From contig NW_025765603.1 in the NCBI RefSeq assembly GCF_003918875.1, forward strand, positions 682,001 through 746,000: 64,000 bases of DNA, in the 5' to 3' direction. This stretch comes from Haliotis rubra. Its lineage: Eukaryota. A program made the translations under genes and the position numbers. The notes beneath the pieces are model-generated. The model searched no databases. It was given only the letters and a program-made list of their open reading frames with translations, and had not been told where the DNA came from. Shown in pieces: positions 23,389 to 35,100 of the stretch (positions are counted from its first letter, which is position 1; every line of letters starts with the position of its first letter).

Positions 23389-23899
23389 AATCTTACAATA
23401 AGTCAGTAATCACATTTAGATTCTGTAAATGAAGTTTGGCAGATTTGACTGGTTTAGTTAAACACACCTTTTGAGGTTATGAGATACAAGTATGATTACT
23501 TGGCCGGTGACATCTAGAGAGAGCACATCTAGTTCAGGTGTTATCTACAAGCAGGTGATCAGCCTTATGTTTACTCGTGAGACCACTGGCCCACGTAGCA
23601 ACGTGCGAAGTTTAGCGAAGAAATATTACAGCCATGACGTATCCCACTGAGATATTTTACGGCCGCTTCTTCGGGCTGGGAGTACATTGCGAACCAAATT
23701 GATATATAATACATGTATTTGTGATTTGTTGGTTTATTGTCAGATAGGATCCGTCAGTTACCGAGACGCAAACCGCCAGAAACCATGACAGCAGCAAAGT
23801 CTGAAATTCACAGAGCTGTTTGTCATGTCTGTCAACCCTATTCCGAGAAGTACAATATCTGGCAAAACGCACACATTATGCCAGTACAGGGCCAGAGCA

Positions 23900-24750
23900 C
23901 AGTCAGGAGCCGGGCAGAAGCCAGATCAGAAGCCGTAAGGTGTCGTCTTAGGAGTTGGGTCAGAAGCCGATGCAGAAACCGACTGAGGAGTCGGGTCACA
24001 TTCAGAAGCCGAGTCAGGAGCCGGTGAGGAGCCTAGTCAGAGGTCAGAGAGTCGAGTCTGGAGCCCGTACAGAAGCCAGATCAGAAGCCGTTAATAGTCA
24101 AGTGAGGAGCCGAGTCTCATGCTGAGTTAGAGGTTGGATCAAACGCCGAGTCAGGAGTCGGGTCAGAAGCCGATCTTCCGGGACAGAAGCCAGGTCAGAA
24201 GCCGACTCAGAAGCCGGGACAGAAGCCGAGTTAAGGAGTCGGGTCAGAAGCCGAGTAAGGGGTCGGGCCAGGAGCCGGGACAGAAGCCGAGGAAGGAGCC
24301 GGGACAGAAGCCGAGTTAAGGAGCCGGGACAGAAGCCGAGTTAAGGAGTCGGGTCCGAGGCCGAGTAAGGAGTCGGGTCAGAGGCCGAGTAAGGAGTCGG
24401 GTCAGAAGCCGAGTAAGGAGTCGGGTCAGAGGCCGAGTAAGGAGTCGGGTCAGAGGCCGAGTAAGGAGTCGGGTCAGAAGCCGAGTAAGGAGTCGGGGTA
24501 GAAGCCGAGTCATGCGTCGTGTTAGAGGCCGAGTAAGGAGACGGGTCAGGAGTCGGGTCAGAAGCCGGGACAGAAACTGGATCAGAAGCCGTTAGGAGTC
24601 CAGTTAGGAGTCGATTCATACGCCGACTTAGGATCCCATTCAGAAGACGAGCCAGGAGCTGGGTCAGAAGCCGGGACAGAAGGTGTGTCAGAAGCCGGAT
24701 GAGGAGTCGAGTCAGAAACCGTCATGAGCCGTTAGGAGTCGAGTCAGGTA
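23900..24750. repeat. 12/24-bp minisatellite (AGAAGCCGAGTAAGGAGTCGGGTC)
   Basis: Visible periodicity, homogeneous core at ~24340-24500. Confidence 0.9.
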
Positions 24751-25996
24751 ATATTTCTTTTCTACTCTTTTGTGTTTTGTGATGTGTTTATACCGAGGGT
24801 AACCATTTGGAAAATTCAAATTCCGTCACAGTTTTCGATCCTGATCAATATAACCTGTGACTTTATACATTTAACTGACAGTATTGTGAATACCGAAAAC
24901 ATGGCAAAAATGCAGACTTCACTAATGAAACGTGTGTTTGACTACCCACTGTTGTCGGTTCATTGTTCTCGCCGCGGATGGGGGCGATGGCGTAGCCTAG
25001 TGGTTAAAGCGTTCGCTCGTCACGCCGAAGACCCGGGTTCGATTCCCAACATGGGTACATTGTGTGAAGCCCATATCAAGTGTCCCCCGCCGTGATATTG
25101 CTGGAATACTGCTAAAAGTGGCGTAAAACCAAGCTCACTCACTCGCCACGGTATGGCCGGGTTCACCACTGAGAACACAACTGTTCCAACCATCTAGCTA
25201 ATGATGCTGGGCTATGTTAAGTTTGATGTAGTGAATTTGCTGACTATGTATCATACCGTATTGCGTCATAAGGAAACCTACTAACTTGATGCTGTGCTAT
25301 TCCAGATTCCTCCTATGTTAATATGTTCACTCCAGGTTTTATTTGGTAGATTATGGTGAACATGTTAAGGATTTTAATTCAAAGTATACTCATGCCAATA
25401 ATGGTTGTCACCCCCTTAAAAAAATTTAATTGGAGAGGGTGTGGGTGGGGGTGTGAGGTGTTTGGGGGTTGGGAGGGAGGGGTTTGACAACCATTATTGG
25501 CATGAGTATACATTCGAAAGGATATAGGAAAGCAGGAAAATAGGAAAATGCAAATGACAGTATTTTCAAGTCAAGCTGTAATTATGATACTGCAAAACGA
25601 CGACCATGAAAGAAGCATGGCTATAGGGCCGTCGTCAACTTCTCACTATTTGGTATAATATTTGCGGCAACTTGGGAGATTTTACATCCAAACGTTGCAT
25701 TCTCGCGTTGGTGGCTTTACACAAACAGGGCTATAAAGCGCACGAGAATGCAAAAAGGCCAGGATGCGAGATTTATGGCTAATGAAATGTGTATACTGGA
25801 CAAAGGAGCGGAGGCATTATGGTGTACTGAAGACTCTGGTCAACCCGTTAGAAAGACCGCTCGCAGTTCATCAGTTATCTTCTTGTCCCAGATCTGAACA
25901 TGCCTTCTTGCTAGAATATTGTGTGGCGTTTAACGTCAAACATTCAACTGATCCATCAAAGCGCACGTAAAATGTTAATGTATGAGGAGATTTTAT

Positions 25997-26136
25997 TTAA
26001 TTTCCTGGAGGGTAACAGCAGAAGGTGAAGGTGCTGTCGCCGCACTGACTGGAGTCCCTGTTGCCGCCACAAGCCAGGGCCGACAGCAGAGATTGGCATC
26101 TGCCCCCCATTCTCTCACAGGCTTCCATAGGTGGAT
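25997..26136 (-). CDS. Triple-defensin-like gene exon 4 (domain 3, stop)
   Basis: ccctacag| ...C-X6-C-X8-C-X8-C-X7-CC YPPGN*; AATAAA at 25992-25997. Confidence 0.9.
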
Positions 26137-29100
26137 CTGTAGGGGGAATACAGGGGGAGTGAGTTATCAGTAGATGTAGCCACTCCTTCGAGAACCTATT
26201 GTATTACAGTCAACTCTCGTTAATCCGACACTCGTGGTTGCAGAGAAATATGTCGGATTAACGAAAATGTCGGATTAATGTATTTGTGTGAAAATATCAA
26301 TGTTTACTAAATGTCATGATCTTCATACTGTTGCATGCATATCAGAAATGGTAGATCTAGTTATCTTCATCGTATGTAAAAATATTCACAGAAATAAAAA
26401 ATAATATGTCTTCTGACGACTGAAATACCCTTGGCCAATTGGTGGCCGTAGCTGTAATTTGAACCCTTGGCGCTTGAAAACTCTTCCGTATTACAAAATA
26501 CTTTTATGAGCGACAGGAATATGTTTGGTACTGTTTAAAATTGATCTTCAGCATATTACGATTGTCGTAAGGAGCGAGTAACAACCCATCTCGCTGACCT
26601 CCTATGCCAGTGGGGCGGTGGGGTAGCCTAGTGGTTAAAGCGTTGGCTCGTCACTCTAAAGACCCGAGTTCGATTCCCCATATGGGTACAATGTGTGAAG
26701 CCCATTTATGATGTCCCCCCGCTGTGATGTTGCTGAACTATTGCTAAAAGCGGCGTAAAACCCAACTCACTCACTCACTCACTCCTATGCCAGTTGCTCA
26801 GATCGACGCTCATGCTATCAATCACTAGACTTTGGGTTCAAACATTTACAGACCCTGACTTATAGCTGGAATATTGCTGGCTGGTGTTAAACATGAGTCA
26901 AACAACTAAACAATAACGACAGACATTCAGTCCTAAGTTAGGAGGGTACCAATAGCGTTAGATTGTCCAAGTGCACAAGTATTTGTCTGTAAATTCAGTG
27001 CATGTGCACCTATGGCACGGGCTATAAGTTGATCTTTAACTCCTGTTACCTTCTGGTATCTGTTACCTTCTATCTGTTACCTTCTGGTATCTGTTACCTT
27101 CTATCTGTTACCTTCTAGTATCTGTCTCTGAAGTATGTTCTACGTTTATTCATGTTCATTGCATCAACTATTACATCACATTCAACAATGTTAACGTCAC
27201 TTTTCTCCGCCATTTTGATGAAAATACTCACCGGAAGAAGACAACGTTTAGGGGAGGTAACTCTAAAATATTTAATAAAGGGAGATACCAACATTTTTGG
27301 GAACGTCGAAAAGACAGTTAATAACTTAATACGGAGAGAGAGAGAGAGTTGGAAATGATGACGTCACGTCCGAACAAATAAAAGAAAACATGATGGAAAA
27401 CAGCTATTTAAACTATGAATGAAGACATAATACACTGGATGACTGGGCCCCGGATGGCGCCGTTAGATACTGGAAATCCGGGAGATTTCACTGCAGACAG
27501 TATAGTCTGGATTAACGGGGTTTCAACATTCATGGCGATATGGATCACAAATTTATCTTTAATTTCTAAAAGGTAATATAATGGTATATGCTTGTTTGAT
27601 GATAACTTTTGAGTCTTAAATGTTTTTGGAGACAGTCTCTTGTCGTTGATTACATTTAGGAACAGACTGAGCGTTAAAGCAACCATGCAGAATTTCAGCC
27701 ATTGAGGGTTTATGGATTTGCGATGTCGGCCCATTGTCACTGAAACTTAACCATTTTGTTTGTCAAAATGTGTGAGTGAAACAAGATAGTAATGACAATT
27801 CTATGTACACTGTTTCTTATGGAATACTCGAAGTGACATTCTCGCGATTTTAACCTTTCGAATGGAGTCAAATATGCCAACCTTGAGCGTCCTTGCGCAC
27901 ACAACAGTAGTTGCCCTGGGCTTGTTGACCGCAGTCCGGGGTCCCCTGAATCTCCTCCCCTCCACATACCAGGGCCGACTTGACATTAAGGCAGTGACCC
28001 CCGAGTGATGCGCAGGATTCTGTAACAGTGGGTGAGTGTCTAACAGGGCAAAGTGAGGGGGGTGAATGATTGACTGGGTGAGTGTCGAACTGGGCAGGAT
28101 GAGGGGGTGAATGATTGACTGGGTGAGTGTCTAACTGGGCAGGATGAGGGGGTGAATGATTGACTGGGTGAGTGTCTAACTGGGCAGGATGAGGGGTGAA
28201 TGATTGACTGGGTGAGTGTCTAACTGGGCAGGATGAGGGGTGAATGATTGACTGGGCTGAGTGTCTAACTGGGCAGGATGAGGGGTGAATGATTGACTGG
28301 GTGAGTCTAACTGGGCAGGATGAGGGGTGAATGATTGACTGGGCGAGTGTCTAACTGGGCAGGATGAGGGGGTGAATGATTGACTGGGCGAGTGTCTAAC
28401 TGGGCAGGATGAGGGGGTGAATGATTGACTGGGTGAGTGTCTAACTGGGCAGGATGAGGGGTGAATGATTGACTGGGCGAGTGTCTAACTGGGCAGGATG
28501 ATGGGGTGAATGATTGACTGGGCGAGTGTCTAACTGGGCAGGATGAGGGGGTGAATGATTGACTGGGTGAGAGTCTAACTGGGCAGGATGAGGGGTGAAT
28601 GATTGACTGGGTGAGAGTGTCTAACTGGGCAGGATGAGGGGTGAATGATTGACTGGCAGGATGAGGGTGTCTAACTGGGCAGGTCTAACTGGGAGGATGA
28701 GGTGAATGATTGACTGGGCGAGTGTCTAACTGGGCAGGATGAGGGGTGAATGATTGACTGGGCTGAGTGTCTAACTGGGCAGGATGAGGGGTGAATGATT
28801 GACTGGGTGAGTGTCTAACTGGGCAGGATGAGGGGTGAATGATTGACTGGGTGAGAGTGTCTAACTGGGCAGGATGAGGGGGTGAATGATTGACTGGGCG
28901 AGAGTGTCTAACTGGGCAGGAGGATGAGGGGTGAATGATTGACTGGGCGAGTGTCTAACTGGGCAGGATGATGGGGTGAATGATTGACTGGGCGAGTGTC
29001 TAACTGGGCAGGATGAGGGGTGAATGATTGACTGGGTGAGTGTCTAACTGGGCAGGATGAGGGGTGAATGATTGACTGGGTGAGTGTCTAACTGGGCAGG

Positions 29101-32100
29101 ATGGGGGTGAATGATTGACTGGGCGAGAGTGTCTAACTGGGCAGGATGATGACTGAGGGGTGAATGATTGACTGGGTGAGTGTCTAACTGGGCAGGATGA
29201 GGGGTGAATGATTGACTGGGCGAGTGTCTAACTGGGCAGGATGAGGGGTGAATGATTGACTGGGTGAGTGTCTAACTGGGCAGGATGAGGGGTGAATGAT
29301 TGACTGGGTGAGTGTCTAACTGGGCAGGATGAGAGGGGTGAATGATTGACTGGGTGAGTGTCTAACTGGGCAGGATGAGGGGGTGAATGATTGACTGGGT
29401 GAGTGTCTAACTGGGCAGGATGAGGGGTGAATGATTGACTGGGTGAGTGTCTAACTGGGCAGGATGATGAGGGGGTGAATGATTGACTGGGGGTGAGAGT
29501 CTAACTGGGCAGGATGAGGGGGTGAATGATTGACTGGGCGAGTGTCTAACTGGGCAGGATGAGGGGTGAATGATTGACTGGGTGAGTGTCTAACTGGGGC
29601 AGGATGAGGTGGGTGAATGATTGACTGGGTGAGTGTCTAACTGGCAGGCAGGATGAGGGGTGAATGATTGACTGGGTGAGAGTCTAACTGGGCAGGATGA
29701 GGGGTGAATGATTGACTGGGTGAGTGTCTAACTGGGCAGGATGAGGGGTGAATGATTGACTGGGCGAGTGTCTAACTGGGCAGGATGAGGGGTGAATGAT
29801 TGACTGGGGAGAGTGTCTAACTGGGCAGGATGAGGGGTGAATGATTGACTGGGTGAGTGTCTAACTGGGCAGGATGATGGGGTGAATGATTGACTGGGTG
29901 AGTGTCTAACTGGGCAGGATGAGGGGTGAATGATTGACTGGGCGAGAGTGTCTAACTGGGCAGGATGAGGGGGTGAATGATTGACTGGGTGAGTGTCTAA
30001 CTGGGCAGGATGAGGGGTGAATGATTGACTGGGTGAGTGTCTAACTGGGCAGGATGAGGGGGTGAATGATTGACTGGGCGAGTGTCTAACTGGGCAGGAT
30101 GAGGGGTGAATGATTGACTGGGTGAGTGTCTAACTGGGCAGGATGAGGGGGTGAATGATTGACTGGGTGAGAGTCTAACTGGGCAGGATGAGGGGTGAAT
30201 GATTGACTGGGCGAGTGTCTAACTGGGCAGGATGAGGGGTGAATGATTGACTGGGTGAGTGTCTAACTGGGCAGGATGATGAGGTGAATGATTTACTGGG
30301 CGAGTGTCTAACTGGGCAGGATGAGGGGGTGAATAATTGACTGGGTGAGTGTCTAACTGGGCAGGATGAGGGTGAATGATTGACTGGGCAGAGTGTCTAA
30401 CTGGGCAGGATGAGGGGGGAATGATTGACTGGGCAAGGAGTGTCTAACTGGGCAGGATGAGGGGTGAATGATTGACTGGGCGAGTGTCTAACTGGGCAGG
30501 ATGAGGGGGTGAATGATTGACTGGGTGAGTGTCTAACTGGGCAGGATGAGGGGGTGAATGATTGACTGGGTGAGTGTCTAACTGGGCAGGATGAGGGGTG
30601 AATGATTGACTGGGTGAGTGTCTAACTGGGCAGGATGAGGGGGTGATTGAATGATTGACTGGGTGAGAGGTGAATGAACTGGGGAGCAGGCACTGGGCAG
30701 GATGAGGGGTGAATGATTGACTGGGTGCGAGTGTCTAACTGGGCAGGATGAGGGGTGAATGATTGACTGGGCGAGTGTCTAACTGGGCAGGATGAGAGGG
30801 TGAAGGATTGACTGGGTGGATACTGAGTGTCTAACTGGGCAGGATGAGGAGTGAATGATTGACTGGGGTGAGTGTCTAACTGGGCAGGATGAGGGGGTGA
30901 ATGATTGACTGGGCGAGAGTGTCTAACTGGGCAGGATGATGAGGTGAATGATTGACTGGGTGAGTGTCTAACTGGGCAGGATGAGGGGGGGTGAATGATT
31001 GACTGGGCAGAGTGTCTAACTGGGCAGGATGAGGGGTGAATGATTGACTGGGCGAGTGTCTAACTGGGCAGGATGAGGGGTGAATGATTGACTGGGTGAG
31101 TGTCTAACTGGGCAGGATGAGGGGTGAATGATTGACTGGGCGAGTGTCTAACTGGGCAGGATGAGGGGGTGAATGATTGACTGGGTGAGTGTCTAACTGG
31201 GCAGGATGAGGGGGTGAATGATTGACTGGGCGAGTGTCTAACTGGGCAGGATGAGGGGGTGAATGATTGACTGGGCGAGTGTCTAACTGGGCAGGATGTG
31301 GGGGTGAATGATTGACTGGGTGAGTGTCTAACTGGGCAGGATGATGGGGGTGAATGATTGACTGGGCGAGTGTCTAACTGGGCAGGATGATGGGGGTGAA
31401 TGATTGACTGGGTGAGAGTCTAACTGGGCAGGATGAGGGGGTGAATGATTGACTGGGCGAGTGTCTAACTGGGCAGGATGAGGGGTGAATGATTGACTGG
31501 GCGAGTGTCTAACTGGGCAGGATGAGGGGTGAATGATTGACTGGGCGAGGGTCTAACTGGGCAGGATGATGAGGGTGAATGATTGACTGGGTGAGTGTCT
31601 AACTGGGCAGGATGTGGGGGTGAATGATTGACTGGGTGAGTGTCTAACTGGGCAGGATGAGGGGGTGAATGATTGACTGGGTGAGAGTCTAACTGGGCAG
31701 GATGAGGGGGTGAATGATTGACTGGGCGAGTGTCTAACTGGGCAGGATGAGGGGTGAATGATTGACTGGGTGAGTGTCTAACTGGGCAGGATGAGGGGTG
31801 AATGATTGACTGTGTGAGTCTAACTGGGCAGGATGAGGGGTGAATGATTGACTGGGTGAGAGTCTAACTGGGCAGGATGAGGGTGTGAATGATTGACTGG
31901 GCAGAGAGTGTCTAACTGGGCAGGATGAGGGGTGAATGATTGACTGGGTGAGGTGTCTAACTGGGCAGGATGATGAGGTGAATGATTTGACTGGGCGAGT
32001 GTCTAACTGGGCAGGAGGATGATTGGGGTGAGGATGATTGACTGGGCAGAGAGTGTCTAACTGGGCAGGATGAGGGGGTGAATGATTGACTGGGTGAGTG

Positions 32101-35100
32101 TCTAACTGGGCAGGATGAGGGGTGAATGATTGACTGGGTGAGTGTCTAACTGGGCAGGATGAGGGGGTGAATGATTGACTGGGCGAGAGTGTCTAACTGG
32201 GCAGGATGAGGGTGTGAATGATTGACTGGGTGAGGGTGTCTAACTGGGCAGGATGAGGGGTGAATGATTGACTGGGCAGAGTGTCTAACTGGGCAGGATG
32301 AGGGGTGTGAATGATTGACTGGGTGAGTGTCTAACTGGGCAGGATGAGGGTGAATGATTGACTGGGCGAGAGAGTCTAACTGGGCAGGATGAGGGGGTGA
32401 ATGATTGACTGGGCGAGAGAGTGTCTAACTGGGCAGGATGAGGGGTGAATGATTGACTGGGCGAGTGTCTAACTGGGCAGGATGATGAGGGTGAATGATT
32501 GACTGGGTGAGTGTCTAACTGGGCAGGATGAGGGTGAATGATTGACTGGGTGAGTGTCTAACTGGGCAGGATGATGGGGTGAATGATTGACTGGGTGAGA
32601 GTGTCTAACTGGGCAGGATGAGGGTGAATGATTGACTGGGTGAGTGTCTAACTGGGCAGGATGAGTGGGGTGAATGATTGACTGGGTGATGGAGAGTGTC
32701 TAACTGGGCAGGATGAGGGGGTGAATGATTGACTGGGTGAGTGTCTAACTGGGCAGGATGAGGGTGAATGATTGACTGGGTGAGTGTCTAACTAAAGGCA
32801 GGATGAGGGGTGAATGATTGACTGGGCGAGAGTGTCTAACTGGGCAGGATGAGGGGGTGAATGATTGACTGGGTGAGGGTCTAACTGGGCAGGATGAGGG
32901 GTGAATGGATTGACTGGGCAAAGTGTCTAACTGGGCAGGATGATGGGGGTGAATGATTGACTGGGCGAGGTCCTAACTGGGCAGGATGAGGGGTGAATGA
33001 TTGACTGGGCGAAGTGTCTAACTGGGCAGGATGATGAGGGGTGAATGATTGACTGACTGGAGAGTGTCTAACTGGGCAGGATGAGGGGGGTGAATGATTT
33101 ACTGGGCAGAGAGTGTCTAACTGGGCAAGATGAGGGTGTGAATGATTTACTGGGCGAAGTGTCTAACTGGGCAGGATGAGGGTGATGGAATGATTGACTG
33201 GGTGAGTGTCTAACTGGGCAGGATGAGGAGTGAATGATTGACTGGGTGAGTCTAACTGGGCAGGATGAGGGTGAATGATTGACTGGCTGGGTGAGTGTCT
33301 AACTGGGCAGGATGAGGGTGAATGATTGACTGGGTGAGTGTCTAACTGGGCAGGATGAGGGGTGAATGATTGACTGGGTGAGTGTCTAACTGGGGCAGGA
33401 TGAGGGGGTGAATGATTGACTGGGTGAGAGTGTCTAACTGGGCAGGATGAGGGGTGAATGATTGACTGGGTGAGTGTCTAACTACCCAAGGCAGGATGAG
33501 GGGTGAATGATTGACTGGGCGAGTGTCTAACTGGGCAGGATGAGGGTGAATGATTGACTGGGGGTAGGAGTGTCTAACTGGGCAGGATGAAGAGGTGAAT
33601 GATTGACTGGATGAGTGTCTAACTGGGCAGGATGAGGGAGTGAATGATTGACTGGGTGAGTGTCTAACTGGGCAGGATGAGGGGTGAATGATTGACTGGG
33701 TGAGTGTCTAACTGGGCAGGATGAGGGGTGATGAGGTGAATGATTGACTGGGTGAAGAGTGTCTAACTGGGCAGGATGAGGGGGGTGAATGATTGACTGG
33801 GTGGAGTGTCTAACTGGGCAGGATGAGGGGGTGAATGATTGACTGGGGCGAGGGTCTAACTGGGCAGGCATGAGGGGTGAATGATTGACTGGGCGAGGAG
33901 TCTAATGATTGGCAGGATGAGGAGGTGAATAACTGGACTGGATGAGTGTCTAACTGGGCAGGATGAGGGGGTGAATGATTGACTGGGCGAGTGTCTAACT
34001 GGGCAGGATGGATGGGGGTGAATGATTGATTGACTGGGCGAGTGTCTAACTGGGCAGGATGAGGGGGTGAATGATTGACTGGGTGAGAGTCTAACTGGGC
34101 AGGATGAGGGGTGAATGATTGACTGGGTGAGTGTCTAACTGGGCAGGATGTGGGGGTGAATGATTGACTGGGCGAGTGTCTAACTGGGCAGGATGAGGGG
34201 TGAGTGATTGACTGGGTGAGAGTCTAACTGGGCAGGATGAGGGTGTGAATGATTGACTGGGCGAGTGTCTAACTGGGCAGGATGTGGGGGTGAATGATTG
34301 ACTGGGTGAGCGTCTAACTGGGCAGGGTGAGGGGTGAATGATTGACTGGGCGAGAGTGTCTAACTGGACAGGATGTGGGGGTGAATGATTGACTGGGAGA
34401 GTGTCTAACTGGGCAGGATGAGGGGGTGAATGATTGACTGGGTGAGAGAGTCTAACTGGGCAGGATGAGGGGTGAATGATTGACTGGGTGAGTGTCTAAC
34501 TGGGCAGGATGATGAGGGTGAATGATTTGACTGGGCGAGTGTCTAACTGGGCAGGATGAGGGGTGAATAATTGACTGGGCGAGTGTATAACTGGGCAGGA
34601 TGAGGGTGTGAATGATTGACTGGGTGAGTGTCTAACTGGGCAGGATGAGGGGGTGAATGATTGACTGGGTGAGTGTCTAACTGGGCAGGATGAGGTGGTG
34701 AATAATTGACTGGGCGAGTGTCTAACTGGGCAGGATGAGGGTGTGAATGATTGACTGGGTGAGTGTCTAAGTGGGCAGGATGAGGTGGTGAATAATTGAC
34801 TGGGTGAGTGTCTAACTGGGCAGGGTGAGGGGGTGAATGATTGACTGGGTGAGTGTCTAACTGGGCAGGACGAGTGAGTGAATGAAACACGATCTGGAAT
34901 CTGGAATGTGTGGGGTAACAATACACGAATTGGTTTTCAGCAACCCACACTTATCGTTAGAAGCGACTAACGGAAAGAATCGGGTTGTCAGTCTCGCTGA
35001 CTTCGTCGACACATGTCCCGATACATGTCATCGTTTCCCAGTTACGTTGATCGATGTTCATGCTGTTGATCACAAAATTGTCTGGTCCAGACTCGATTGT

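Noticed and set aside
24134-24619. Mucin-like or Arg/Leu repeat ORFs
   Set aside because: Translations of the 24-bp minisatellite.
28030-34870. Long regular array considered as a possible CRISPR
   Set aside because: No unique spacers, no cas genes and a eukaryotic context; it is a plain satellite.
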